Shown: positions 9,109 through 19,685, numbered from the stretch's first letter. The stretch is 64,000 bases of DNA from Bacilli bacterium (GCA_050949315.1 JBMNFL010000001.1:256001-320000); one strand, 5' to 3'. Notes: generated from the letters alone by a model not told the origin. Numbers and translations are program-made.

Positions 9109-10116
9109 ATGGAAGATAGACTAGTAAGTGGCAGTTATGACGCTACTATTGATTCTGATGAATTGTCATTACGTCCACGGACTCTTGCTGAATATGTCGG
9201 TCAAACTAACAATAAGCATAACTTAGGTGTTTTTATCGCGGCCGCTTGTTCACGTAATGAAGCTTTGGATCATGTCTTACTATATGGTCCTCCAGGTTTA
9301 GGAAAAACCACTCTAGCTCATGTCATCGCTCATGAAATGGGGGGAAATATTCGCGTTATCAGTGGACCAAGTATTGAAAAAACTGGGGATTTAGCAGCGA
9401 TTTTAACAACTTTAAATGCAGGAGATATCCTTTTTATTGATGAAATCCATCGTTTACCACGAATAGTAGAAGAACTTATGTATTCAGCGATGGAAGATTA
9501 TGTTATCAATATCGTAGTCGGCAAAGATGCTGGCGCCCATTCAATCAGTTTAGATCTACCGCCCTTTACCTTAGTTGGAGCAACGACTAGGGCTGGAGAC
9601 TTATCAGCACCTCTACGTGATCGCTTTGGTATCACCTTAAAATTAGAATACTATTCGCAATTAGAAATTGCCCAAATTGTCCGCAGGACAAGTAAAGTTT
9701 TTGAATGCCCGATTGATGAAGCCGCGGTAGAAGAAATTTCTATGCGCTCTAGAGGGACACCAAGGGTGGCCAATCGTTTATTTAGACGTATTCGCGACTT
9801 TGCCACTGTTAAAAATGAAGGGACCATATCCTTAGAGGTTGCTAAACACGCTCTTGATGCTCTGCGGGTGGATTCTTTAGGCTTAGATAGCATGGATTTA
9901 CGTTATTTAAAGGGTATTATCGTGCGTTTTAAGGGTGGACCTGTTGGCTTAGAAGCCATCGCAGCCGCCATCGGTGAAGAGGTTATGACCTTGGAAGATG
10001 TCTGTGAACCCTATCTCCTACAGATTGGGATGATTAACCGCACGCCACGGGGAAGAATCGCCACTGAAAAGGCTTATGCTCATTTGAAGTTACCTTACCA
10101 AGGAACCCTAGTTTAG
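9109..10116 (+). CDS. ruvB: Holliday junction helicase RuvB
   Basis: [33 protein letters not shown]. Confidence 0.98.
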   Translation: MEDRLVSGSYDATIDSDELSLRPRTLAEYVGQTNNKHNLGVFIAAACSRNEALDHVLLYGPPGLGKTTLAHVIAHEMGGNIRVISGPSIEKTGDLAAILTTLNAGDILFIDEIHRLPRIVEELMYSAMEDYVINIVVGKDAGAHSISLDLPPFTLVGATTRAGDLSAPLRDRFGITLKLEYYSQLEIAQIVRRTSKVFECPIDEAAVEEISMRSRGTPRVANRLFRRIRDFATVKNEGTISLEVAKHALDALRVDSLGLDSMDLRYLKGIIVRFKGGPVGLEAIAAAIGEEVMTLEDVCEPYLLQIGMINRTPRGRIATEKAYAHLKLPYQGTLV

Positions 10117-10129
10117 GGTTCTTTTCTTT
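10103..10129 (+). terminator. Terminator after ruvB
   Basis: GAACCCTA-GTT-TAGGGTTC followed by TTTT. Confidence 0.7.
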
Positions 10130-10265
10130 GATAAGTAGGCAAAATTAAGCGATTTTTGTTGAATTGCCAAGGGAATAGTGTTAAAGTTAAAAGCGATATT
10201 ATTTATCAGCTTTTTTACTTTGTTTATAAACAAAGACAAAAGAAGGTAAAAAATGGAGGGTTACG

Positions 10266-12776
10266 ATGCGTAGATTAATTGCTTTTATCAGCCTAGCCAT
10301 CGCCATGATTGTGATAGCGATTGCCGGCGTTCCAACTTTGACTAATCGCTTAAAGGCGGGAACCGAGTTTCAGGGCGGTTATGACATTCTTTATAAGGTG
10401 ACAACCTCGGATGGGGTCAGTTATCAAGGAACGGCTTTAAAAAATGTCATGACTAAAGCCACTAAAACGGTCAACGATCGTCTTAATGCTTTAAATATTT
10501 CCTATCCCCAAGTTTCAGTGGAAGACGAGGAGTATATCCGCGTAACTGTCCCAGCCAACAGCGAAAGCGAACTCAATTTAATTCGTAACACCCTTATTTC
10601 TAATGGAAAAATCAGCCTTCGTGATATCGATGATAAATTATTAGCCACGGGTGAAGAATTGATCAGCTTCATTTCTTTAGTTTACCGTGATGGTGTCCCC
10701 TATATGGGCGTCAAAATTAAGAATTATGACAAGCTTAAAGAGATAACAACGGCCCAGGCTAGAAAATATACTGGCAAAGAAAACGATCCCACTAGCGCGA
10801 TTGTTTTCTGGCTGGGTTTTGAAGAGACTTATAGTGAAAACACCAAGGAAGAAACAGGTTTTGACGGTGATAGCTATGCTAATTTACAGAATAATGTCTA
10901 TAGTCAGTGGAAAGTCTTGTCAACTTTAGCTATTGATGCCCCCATTGAGGAAGACTTTACCGTTCAAGGGGCTTTTACCGAGACTAATATGGCGGTTTTA
11001 AACAGTATTCTTTCAACAGATCCCGTTAACTATACTCTAACGGAAGAATACTATTCTGAACATGGTAGTGTGCTTGGAGAAGACGTTCCAAATAGGGTTC
11101 TGTTGGCAGCTCTTATCGGTTTAGCCATCATCGCAATTCTAATGATTATCGCCTATCGTTTTGCGGGACTTATCGCCATTTTGTCTATTATCCTACACAG
11201 CGTTTTAGTTTTGGCTTCCTATAATTTAATCGGTGGTTTATTCGGTAGTGATACTGTTGCGGCTTTGACAATTGGTATCACTTTAGCCGTCAATGCCAAC
11301 GTCATTTTGGTTGAACGCATCAAAGATGAGATAAGAAAAGGGAAGAGTTTAGCCCGTTCTTATACGGAAGGATCTAAAAAATCGGTTTCCACCATCCTAG
11401 ATTCAACAGTACTGGTAACCCTTGCTTCTTTGGCTTTGTATTTATTAGGAAATCAGGTGGTTAAAAGTTTTGCCGCGGTGATGATCATCACCCAAGTTTC
11501 TATTATTATCGTCGTCGTTTTACTAACAAGATTACTGCTATCTCTTGTCTGCAATAACAAAAAACTCGAGGGAAAAACCGAGTGGTTTGGTGTTAGTAGC
11601 AAGGAGATTGAAGATATAAGCAATCTTGAAGAATACACCAAGAAAAGTGTTTTTGATAAGACCAATTTCCTCTTTGATTTTAAAAAGTTGATTATTGGAC
11701 CGGCTCTTGTGGTTTTGCTTGGCATAGTCATTGGCTTAATCGGTCAAGTAAGCAATCATAAATTTTTCAACTATAATAGTCAAATGAGTGGAGGGACACG
11801 CATTTATTTTAAGACTATCGATCCTAAATTTTCCACTGAAGATGGCGTCATTAAATTCTTTGTTTCTGAGGCCTACGCTAAAAGAAGTCCTAGCGAAGTC
11901 ACGATTGGAACATCGCATGTTAACTATAGCAGTGATGACCTTGTACAGTATAAAGAAACTTTCGCCGCTTATGGATTAGATACCACGACTGTTAGTCGTA
12001 ATAGGGTAACGGTCTATAATGTTGTTGTCACTTTTGATCGCCATTTGGATAACACCTCAAAAGAGGCCATTAACGATTATTTTGAGGCGGAAAAAGCAGC
12101 CTTTTATGATAGTGATAAGAGCATTGAACTCTTAAAAACCAATTATACTTTGGCAGATTATAAGCCCTATTCTGGTCAGGCGACTATTGTAAACGCCTTA
12201 AAGGCCTTTGCGGCTTTGATAGTGGTTAGTTTGCTTTATCTAGCCATTCGCTTCAGTTGGTCGTATGCTGTGGCTGGCATTATCACTTTAACCCATAATG
12301 TTTTGTTAATACTGGGCTTACTGGCAATAACTCGCTTGAGTTTCGGTATTGAAACGGTGATTATTATTCTAGCTTTGCTTCTTTATTCTATTAATAATAT
12401 GGTCGTCACTTTTGATCGATTAAGGGAAAGTGTGGCCGAATCAAAAGAAGTTTGGACTACTGAGAGTAGGAGAGTCTACTACAATAAAGCCTTGCAAGAT
12501 ACGATGTATGGTCAAATCTTTAGTGCTATTAGCTTATTTGCCATCATCATCGCCTTACTACTTTTCTCCGGCGCCAGTATCCTTGCAGCCAATGTTATTT
12601 TAGCCCTAGCCTCTATAGTAGCCTTTTATGGTTGCTATCTCTTTTTACCCCATATTTGGGTCTATTTTGATAGTCATTTTGCCGTACTTCGTGCCAAACG
12701 GAAAGCTCGCAAAAAACCCCGGGTTAAAGAGGCTAATGAAGTCGAAGAATACATCTTCTTTGGCGTTAACGATTAA
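10266..12776 (+). CDS. secDF: Fused protein translocase subunit SecDF, divergent
   Basis: Two membrane halves with large external domains; xQGG, AVNANVILVERIKDE and YSINNMVVTFDRLRE motifs; upstream of rel as in Bacilli. Confidence 0.88.
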   Translation: MRRLIAFISLAIAMIVIAIAGVPTLTNRLKAGTEFQGGYDILYKVTTSDGVSYQGTALKNVMTKATKTVNDRLNALNISYPQVSVEDEEYIRVTVPANSESELNLIRNTLISNGKISLRDIDDKLLATGEELISFISLVYRDGVPYMGVKIKNYDKLKEITTAQARKYTGKENDPTSAIVFWLGFEETYSENTKEETGFDGDSYANLQNNVYSQWKVLSTLAIDAPIEEDFTVQGAFTETNMAVLNSILSTDPVNYTLTEEYYSEHGSVLGEDVPNRVLLAALIGLAIIAILMIIAYRFAGLIAILSIILHSVLVLASYNLIGGLFGSDTVAALTIGITLAVNANVILVERIKDEIRKGKSLARSYTEGSKKSVSTILDSTVLVTLASLALYLLGNQVVKSFAAVMIITQVSIIIVVVLLTRLLLSLVCNNKKLEGKTEWFGVSSKEIEDISNLEEYTKKSVFDKTNFLFDFKKLIIGPALVVLLGIVIGLIGQVSNHKFFNYNSQMSGGTRIYFKTIDPKFSTEDGVIKFFVSEAYAKRSPSEVTIGTSHVNYSSDDLVQYKETFAAYGLDTTTVSRNRVTVYNVVVTFDRHLDNTSKEAINDYFEAEKAAFYDSDKSIELLKTNYTLADYKPYSGQATIVNALKAFAALIVVSLLYLAIRFSWSYAVAGIITLTHNVLLILGLLAITRLSFGIETVIIILALLLYSINNMVVTFDRLRESVAESKEVWTTESRRVYYNKALQDTMYGQIFSAISLFAIIIALLLFSGASILAANVILALASIVAFYGCYLFLPHIWVYFDSHFAVLRAKRKARKKPRVKEANEVEEYIFFGVND

Positions 12777-12823
12777 TATAATTTATACTTCCTGACAAGG
12801 TAGAAAGTGAGGTGACACCTTGG

Positions 12824-15025
12824 ATGGAAAAGAACTCAAAATCTTTCGACGAGGTGTTAACTGTAGCCGGGCGCTACCTTACCCAGAAAGAAAGTATTGA
12901 TTTAATCACCGCGGCTTATGAATATGCCAAGAAGGCTCACGACGGTCAGTTTCGCAAAACCGGTGATCCTTATGTTAGTCATGTTGTTAATGTCGCTTAT
13001 ATTTTAGCAAGTCTTCAGGCTGGCCCACAAACCATCGCCGCCGGTTTATTACACGATACGATTGAGGATTGTGGGAAAGAATATAGTGAAATTGCTGAAC
13101 TTTTTGGTATTGAAGTGGCCGACATGGTGGAAGCGGTAACCAAAGTCGGTCGTTTAAAAACCGCCACCAATGAAGAATTCGAAGCGGAAAACCACCGCAA
13201 AATCTTTATTGCCATGGCTAAAGATATTCGGGTGATTATCATAAAACTTGCTGATCGCCTGCACAATATGCGCACCCTTTATGCTCATGAATATTATGGA
13301 CAACAAAAGCGAATTGCCCAGGAAACCCTTAAGGTTTTTGCCCCCATTGCTCATCGACTCGGTATCAATACCGTCAAAAGCGAACTAGAAGATTTAGCCC
13401 TAAAATATTTAGAACCTGAAAAGTACGGCCTAATCAAAAACCTCTTAGCTAAAAAAGAGATTGAACGCAAGGCTACCTTAGATGCGATGAATGTTCGAAT
13501 TGAAAATTTGTTAAAACAATACAACATCCCGCATAGTATTTCTGGCCGGGTAAAAAGCATCTACAGTATTTATAAAAAGATGTTTGTCAATCATCGGATG
13601 TTTGAAGAAATCTATGATTTGCATGCCCTGCGTATCATCACCGATACCGTCCCGCATTGCTATGAGATTTTAGGTTATATTCACGCGACTTATCGACCAA
13701 TTCCCGGTCGTTTTAAGGATTATGTAGCTATGCCTAAGCCTAATCTATACCAATCCTTACACACCACCATCGTCGCTGAAGATGGGGCGATTTTTGAAAT
13801 TCAAATCCGCACTAAGGATATGGATGAAATTGCCGAGACCGGTGTTGCCGCCCACTGGCGCTATAAAGAAAACACTAACTATAGCTCTAAGGCTGAGCAA
13901 AAAGAAATTGAAGAAAAACTCCACTGGTTTAGGGAGCTAGTTTCCATCAGTGATGAACAAGCGGAAATCAACGCTAGAGAATATATGGAGTCCTTACAAC
14001 AGGATATCTTTGAAGCTAATGTCTACGTTTTAACCCCCAAGGGACGAGTCATTGATCTACCTAAAGGGTCGACACCTGTTGATTTTGCCTATCGTGTTCA
14101 CACCCAAGTTGGACACAATACCATCGGAGCCACGGTCAATGGGGTTTTAGTACCGCTCAGCACCCATTTAAAGACGGGGGATGTAGTAGATATCAAAACC
14201 AGTAAATTGCCACAACTTCCCAATGAAGACTGGTTAAAGTTTGTCAAAACGAATGGGGCTAAAAACTCTATTAAAAAAGCTATTATGAAGAGCAATCTTG
14301 ACCAGCGTAAAGATGAATTTATCGCTCAGGGGCGTGAGATGGTTGAGAATGCCTTGAAAAATGATAAAAATATTGATTATCAAAACGCTGTTAAGAAACT
14401 TGATGACAAGAAATTTTTAAGTTTAATGAATGTTGAAACTCTTGATGCTTTATATACCGCGATTGCTACTAAAAACAGTACGCTAGGAACCCTGCTTGGT
14501 CATCTTCGCAACGTTGAGAAAAAAGAGAACATTCAAGAGTTTGCTAAAAAGAAAATTATCGAGAATATTTCAGGAGTTATTGTTCCTGGTATCGATACGG
14601 TAGCCATCACCTTTTCTCAGTGCTGTTCCCCAATTCCTGGTGATGAAATTGTCGGCTATATTTCCAAAGGGAAGGGCATTAAAGTCCATCGTATTGATTG
14701 CCATAATGTCCGCCAAGAATCTCGGCGTTTAATTGATATAAAATGGGACTATGAGTGGATTAAAGAAAATACCAGTCTATACTATGTAGACATTCAAGTT
14801 AGGGCCGCAGATCGTCCTCAACTCATGTCCGGTGTTGTCAATCATTTGTCGATGCTAAAAGTTAGTGTTAACTCGGTCAATCGTGTAAGAGATCCCAGTA
14901 GCATGGGCGTGGCTTTAAATCTCTGTATTCAAGTTCGCAATGCTCTTCATCTACAAGAGATCATGAATTCTCTGGGAAACAATGTGACAGGAGTAACGAG
15001 TATTGAACGCATTACTAAATCTTAA
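12824..15025 (+). CDS. rel: Bifunctional (p)ppGpp synthetase/hydrolase Rel
   Basis: HD motif LLHDTIED; GRVK, YQSLHT, EIQIRT; TGS, ZFD and ACT regions; SD GAGGTGA favours ATG 12824. Confidence 0.96.
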   Translation: MEKNSKSFDEVLTVAGRYLTQKESIDLITAAYEYAKKAHDGQFRKTGDPYVSHVVNVAYILASLQAGPQTIAAGLLHDTIEDCGKEYSEIAELFGIEVADMVEAVTKVGRLKTATNEEFEAENHRKIFIAMAKDIRVIIIKLADRLHNMRTLYAHEYYGQQKRIAQETLKVFAPIAHRLGINTVKSELEDLALKYLEPEKYGLIKNLLAKKEIERKATLDAMNVRIENLLKQYNIPHSISGRVKSIYSIYKKMFVNHRMFEEIYDLHALRIITDTVPHCYEILGYIHATYRPIPGRFKDYVAMPKPNLYQSLHTTIVAEDGAIFEIQIRTKDMDEIAETGVAAHWRYKENTNYSSKAEQKEIEEKLHWFRELVSISDEQAEINAREYMESLQQDIFEANVYVLTPKGRVIDLPKGSTPVDFAYRVHTQVGHNTIGATVNGVLVPLSTHLKTGDVVDIKTSKLPQLPNEDWLKFVKTNGAKNSIKKAIMKSNLDQRKDEFIAQGREMVENALKNDKNIDYQNAVKKLDDKKFLSLMNVETLDALYTAIATKNSTLGTLLGHLRNVEKKENIQEFAKKKIIENISGVIVPGIDTVAITFSQCCSPIPGDEIVGYISKGKGIKVHRIDCHNVRQESRRLIDIKWDYEWIKENTSLYYVDIQVRAADRPQLMSGVVNHLSMLKVSVNSVNRVRDPSSMGVALNLCIQVRNALHLQEIMNSLGNNVTGVTSIERITKS

Positions 15026-15026
15026 T

Positions 15027-15050
15027 AAAACGCCAAATAGGCGTTTTTTA
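15027..15050 (+). terminator. Terminator after rel
   Basis: AAAACGCC-AAATA-GGCGTTTTTT. Confidence 0.75.
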
Positions 15051-15079
15051 TTGACTAGTAAGGGCGCGCGTGTGATAAT
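15051..15079 (+). promoter_or_regulatory. SigmaA promoter of hisS-aspS-rimO
   Basis: TTGACT, 17 bp, TG-T-GATAAT. Confidence 0.6.
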
Positions 15080-15159
15080 AAAACCGAAATCCTTGGAAGA
15101 AGAAAACGCGTTTTTAGTAAACTTCCAAGATAAAATTTTTCTTTAATGGAGGAGAACTT

Positions 15160-16656
15160 ATGCAACAAAAACCCAAGGGAACTCGTGACTTTTTACCAGA
15201 CGAGACCTTTAAATTACAAATTCTAGAATCGTTAATTCAACAAACTGTTGAAACCTCCTGTTATAGGGAGATTCGCACACCAATTTTTGAACACAGCGAT
15301 GTTTTCGTGCGCAGTTCTGGGGACAGTAGCGACATTGTCAATAAAGAGATGTACAGTTTCTTAGATCGCGGAAATCGTTCGCTTTCTTTAAGGCCTGAAG
15401 GTACGGCTGGGGTGATTAGAGCCTTGGTAGAAAACAAGGCCTATGCCAATGTGGATCTACCGCTTCGTTATTACTACTTAGGCCCATCCTTTCGTTATGA
15501 AAGGCCACAGGCAGGGCGCTTTCGCCAGTTCCAACAACTAGGTGTTGAAAGCATTGGTGTTCGCTCACCCTATCTTGATGCCGAGGTTATTTTACTAGCT
15601 ATTGATGTTTTAAATTCCGTTGGCGTCAACGATTTAAAATTAAAAATCAACAGCATTGGCGATAGCACATCTCGCGATAAATATAAAAAAGCTCTCCAAG
15701 ATTATTTTAAACCCTACTTAGATAAATTATGTGAGGATTGTCAAGTACGCTACGAAAAGAATCCCTTGCGTATTTTAGATTGCAAGATAGATGGCGACAA
15801 AGATTATATGCAAAATTGTCCTAATATTAGCGATTATCTAAGCCAAGAATCTAAGGACTATTTTAAAAAAGTCTTAGAAATTCTCGATGGTTTAGAGATT
15901 GATTATGAAATTGATAACAAATTAGTACGGGGCTTAGACTACTATAATGACACCGTCTTTGAAATCTATGTTAAAGCTCCTTCGGGAACAGATTATGGGG
16001 CGATTATAGCCGGCGGTCGTTATGATCAATTAGTCGAGCAGTTTGGCGGACCAGACATGCCAGCTTTTGGTTTTGGCTTAGGTCTTGATCGCCTTTTAGC
16101 CTTATGTGAAGAATTAGAGGTTTTTAAACCCTATCAAGATAGCATTACCGCTTATATTATGCCTTTAGAAAAGAGTGCTTTTCCCTACGCTTTTTATATT
16201 GCTAACTATCTAAGACTCAATGGTGTTGATGCGGAAATCGATTATCAGATGCGTAGCATTAAATCACAATTTAAGAGTGTAGAACGGAAGAATGCCACCC
16301 TCGCCTTATTAGTTGGTTCCACTGAACATGCTAGTCAAAGCGTAACAGTCAAGATCAATGCCACTAAAGAACAAAAAATTATGCCTCTTGACCAGTTACT
16401 TGATTTTATCCTTAGTTTGCAAGATAAGCATTGTGACTGCAAAGAACACGAACATGATGAACATTGTGGGTGCACCAAACACGAACATGACGAACACTGT
16501 GAGTGCAAAGAACACGAACATGATGAGCACTGTGAGTGCAAAGAACACGAACATGGTGAGCACTGTGACTGTAAAGAACACGAACATGATGAGCGTTGTA
16601 GCAAGCAATCTCATGATAAAAAGGGCACTTGTGCGAAACACAAGGAGGAAAAGTAA
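15160..16656 (+). CDS. hisS: Histidyl-tRNA synthetase with His/Cys-rich C-terminal tail
   Basis: PKGTRD, LRPEGTA, FRYERPQAGRFRQF, LVRGLDYY, GGRYD. Confidence 0.97.
   Translation: MQQKPKGTRDFLPDETFKLQILESLIQQTVETSCYREIRTPIFEHSDVFVRSSGDSSDIVNKEMYSFLDRGNRSLSLRPEGTAGVIRALVENKAYANVDLPLRYYYLGPSFRYERPQAGRFRQFQQLGVESIGVRSPYLDAEVILLAIDVLNSVGVNDLKLKINSIGDSTSRDKYKKALQDYFKPYLDKLCEDCQVRYEKNPLRILDCKIDGDKDYMQNCPNISDYLSQESKDYFKKVLEILDGLEIDYEIDNKLVRGLDYYNDTVFEIYVKAPSGTDYGAIIAGGRYDQLVEQFGGPDMPAFGFGLGLDRLLALCEELEVFKPYQDSITAYIMPLEKSAFPYAFYIANYLRLNGVDAEIDYQMRSIKSQFKSVERKNATLALLVGSTEHASQSVTVKINATKEQKIMPLDQLLDFILSLQDKHCDCKEHEHDEHCGCTKHEHDEHCECKEHEHDEHCECKEHEHGEHCDCKEHEHDERCSKQSHDKKGTCAKHKEEK
16429..16593 (+). repeat. 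Five 33-bp tandem repeats encoding HCxCKEHEHDE
   Basis: Units start at 16429, 16462, 16495, 16528 and 16561; consensus CACTGTGAGTGCAAAGAACACGAACATGATGAG. Confidence 0.95.
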
Positions 16657-16659
16657 CTT

Positions 16660-18390
16660 ATGCTAAGAACACATAATAACGGCGAACTGCGGCGTGAAAA
16701 TATCGGTCAAGTTGTAGAACTGGTCGGTTGGGTAGCTAAAAAGCGGAACCTGGGCTCCTTAGTTTTTATTGATTTGCGTGATCGCTATGGCATCACCCAG
16801 ATTGTCTGTCGGGAAGAGCAAGAAGAAATCTGTCGCAATATCCATAATGAATACATCCTACATGTTAAAGGAGTTGTGGCTTTAAGAGAAAGCATTAATC
16901 CACAGTTACCAACTGGTGATATTGAAATCCTTGTTGATGAAATCTCCATCATCAATACGGCTAATACCACACCTTTAATTATCGCTGATAAGACCGATGC
17001 TTTAGAAGATACTCGTTTGAAGTATCGTTATTTAGATTTAAGAAGACCAGTTATGCAACAAAAACTAATCAAAAGGCATAAGATTATCAAGGCTTTCCGC
17101 GACTATCTTGATGCTCGTGATTTTGTTGAAGTTGAAACGCCGATTTTAACCAGTACCACCCCTGAAGGCGCGAGAGACTATCTTGTACCTTCACGCCTTA
17201 ATCCAGGGCGATTTTATGCCTTGCCTCAATCACCGCAATTGTTCAAACAATTACTGATGATTGCCGGTTTTGAAAAATACTATCAAGTCGCTCGTTGCTT
17301 CCGTGATGAAGATGGTCGCAGTGATCGGCAACCAGACTTCACTCAACTAGATTTAGAAGTCTCTTTCATCGATGAAAAGGAAATAATGGAATTAGTTGAG
17401 AAGATGATGCTTGAGATGTTTAAAAAGGTAGAAAATTACCAGTTCAAAGAAAAGATTAAAACCTATTCCTACCAGGAAGCGATGAATCGTTTTGGTAGTG
17501 ATAAACCGGATACGCGCATCAGTTATGAACTAGTTGATGTTAAAGAAATATTCGCTAACAGTAGTCTAGAATTTCTGAAAAACAAGGAAATAAAGGCTTT
17601 AAATGCTCATAATCTCAATGATAGAATCACACGTAAAGAAATTGATTCTTTAGGTGAAATCGCTAAGAAAAACGGAGCTAGACAACTTGTTTTCTTCCGC
17701 TATCAAGGTCAAACACTAAGTGGCTCTTTAGTCAAGAACATGAGTGAAGAAGAGCAGACTAAACTTGTAAAAACTTTGGCCTTAAAAGATAATGACTTAG
17801 TCTTTTTAGTAGTAGCGGATTATTGGGAGCAAGCCTGCAATGCCTTGGGTCAAGTTCGTTTGACTTTAGGTAAACGCTATGAAAGTGAAAGATTAAAGGG
17901 TTATGACTTGCTTTGGGTCGTTGATTTCCCACTTTTTGAACGCAATGACGATGGTTCATTAGCTGCTGCTCACCATCCCTTTACTAGGCCCTACGATGAA
18001 GATTTAAGCCTGCTAGATACTGAGCCCTTAAAGGTTCGTTCTCACCACTATGATCTAGTTTTAAATGGTTATGAGCTAGGTAGTGGTTCGCTTAGAATTT
18101 ATAATCAAGAAATACAGGAAAAAATCTTTAAAATTATCGGTTTAAGTGAAAAAGAGATCCGCGAGCGCTTTGGTTATTTTGTCGATGCCTTCCAATATGG
18201 CACCCCACCACATGCGGGGATTGGTTTAGGTGTCGATCGCATCGCCATGATCCTAACGGGTAGTGAATCCATTCGTGATGTCATTGCCTTTCCCAAGAAT
18301 GCTTCGGCTATCTGTCCGCTTACCAACGCCCCAACTCCTGCTAGTAAAGAGCAGTTAGAAGAACTTAAAATTGAGGTTAAAAAAGAGTGA
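16660..18390 (+). CDS. aspS: Aspartyl-tRNA synthetase
   Basis: FIDLRDRYG, RYLDLRR, EGARDYLVPSR, ALPQSPQLFKQ, GTPPHAG. Confidence 0.98.
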   Translation: MLRTHNNGELRRENIGQVVELVGWVAKKRNLGSLVFIDLRDRYGITQIVCREEQEEICRNIHNEYILHVKGVVALRESINPQLPTGDIEILVDEISIINTANTTPLIIADKTDALEDTRLKYRYLDLRRPVMQQKLIKRHKIIKAFRDYLDARDFVEVETPILTSTTPEGARDYLVPSRLNPGRFYALPQSPQLFKQLLMIAGFEKYYQVARCFRDEDGRSDRQPDFTQLDLEVSFIDEKEIMELVEKMMLEMFKKVENYQFKEKIKTYSYQEAMNRFGSDKPDTRISYELVDVKEIFANSSLEFLKNKEIKALNAHNLNDRITRKEIDSLGEIAKKNGARQLVFFRYQGQTLSGSLVKNMSEEEQTKLVKTLALKDNDLVFLVVADYWEQACNALGQVRLTLGKRYESERLKGYDLLWVVDFPLFERNDDGSLAAAHHPFTRPYDEDLSLLDTEPLKVRSHHYDLVLNGYELGSGSLRIYNQEIQEKIFKIIGLSEKEIRERFGYFVDAFQYGTPPHAGIGLGVDRIAMILTGSESIRDVIAFPKNASAICPLTNAPTPASKEQLEELKIEVKKE

Positions 18391-19685
18391 AAATAGGGCT
18401 GATATCTTTAGGCTGTGCCAAAAATTTAGTTGATTCCGAGATGATGCTTGGTCAGCTTAAAAAAGCCCAATATGAATTAACAACAAATCTTGCATTAGCT
18501 GATTTAATCATCATTAATACCTGCGGTTTTATTTTAAGTGCGAAGGAAGAAGCCATTCGCACGATTTTTGAGGTGGCAAGTAAAAAGGAAAGTTGGCAAA
18601 AACTGGTGGTAACAGGTTGTTTAGTCCAACGTTATCTTGATGACTTGATTTATGAAATCCCCGAAGTTGATGCTTTTATAACTATTGATGATTATCAACA
18701 TTTCAATGAAATTATCAGTGATTTAATGATAGATAAGCCCACTAATAGTGGCGGCTTAGATTTTAACTGCCGCGTACTAGCAACACCGCCTTTTACGGCC
18801 TATGTGAGGATTGCCGATGGCTGTGATAATCGCTGCGCTTACTGTGCTATTCCTCTTATCAGAGGGCCTTTTAAATCACGAAAAATTAAGGATATTGTTT
18901 TTGAATGTCAAAACTTGCTTAAAAATGGTGTTAAAGAATTGGTCTTAATCGCTCAGGACACCACGCGTTTTGGTAAGGATAATAATGAAACTCTAGAAGA
19001 TTTACTTGAAGAGGTTTTAGCCTTAAAAGACTTAAAACTTCTGCGCTTGCTCTACCTATATCCAGATGAAATAAGCGAGCGTTTATTGAATATCTTCCAA
19101 AATAATCCTAAAATGGCCGCCTATTTTGATCTACCAATTCAGCATGCCTCTGATAGAATCTTAAAGGCGATGAATCGCCGTGGTAGCCAAGAAGATATTC
19201 GTCGTCTAATTGGTAAAATTCGCCAAAAAGTTCCAAAAGTTATTGTCCGTAGCACCGTGATGGTCGGCTTTCCTGGTGAAGAAAAAGAGGATTATCAAAT
19301 ATTAGAAGACTTTATTAAGGAAATAGAATTTGAGCGCTTAGGAGTTTTTATTTACTCGGCTGAAGAAGACACCAAAGCCTTTACTTTACCAAAGCAGGTT
19401 AGGGAAGAGGAGAAAAAAAGGCGCTACCAAAAATTGATAGAAGTTCAACAAAAAATTGCCCGCAAGAAGAATCAGGCCCGAATTGGTGAAATCACAATGG
19501 CTTTTGTTGAAAGTTATGATGCTAGAAGAAAAAAATATCGCTTGCGCGATTATTCTTTTGCTGGTGATGATGTTGATGGCTATATCTATGTGGAAAGTAA
19601 AGATAAATTAACAATAGGAGCGGAAGTAAAAGTCGAAATTATTGCTAGTTACACCTATGATTTATTAGGTAGACTTATAAAATAA
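18387..19685 (+). CDS. rimO: Ribosomal protein S12 methylthiotransferase
   Basis: SLGCAKNLVDSE, NTCGF, radical SAM CDNRCAYC, TRAM-like C-terminus. Confidence 0.9.
   Translation: MKIGLISLGCAKNLVDSEMMLGQLKKAQYELTTNLALADLIIINTCGFILSAKEEAIRTIFEVASKKESWQKLVVTGCLVQRYLDDLIYEIPEVDAFITIDDYQHFNEIISDLMIDKPTNSGGLDFNCRVLATPPFTAYVRIADGCDNRCAYCAIPLIRGPFKSRKIKDIVFECQNLLKNGVKELVLIAQDTTRFGKDNNETLEDLLEEVLALKDLKLLRLLYLYPDEISERLLNIFQNNPKMAAYFDLPIQHASDRILKAMNRRGSQEDIRRLIGKIRQKVPKVIVRSTVMVGFPGEEKEDYQILEDFIKEIEFERLGVFIYSAEEDTKAFTLPKQVREEEKKRRYQKLIEVQQKIARKKNQARIGEITMAFVESYDARRKKYRLRDYSFAGDDVDGYIYVESKDKLTIGAEVKVEIIASYTYDLLGRLIK

Noticed and set aside
16429-16593. 33-bp tandem repeats as a CRISPR array
   Set aside because: No unique spacers, in frame within hisS, and no cas genes in the window
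16335-16666. Alternative-frame ORFs over the hisS tail
   Set aside because: By-products of a repeat period divisible by three; no independent support
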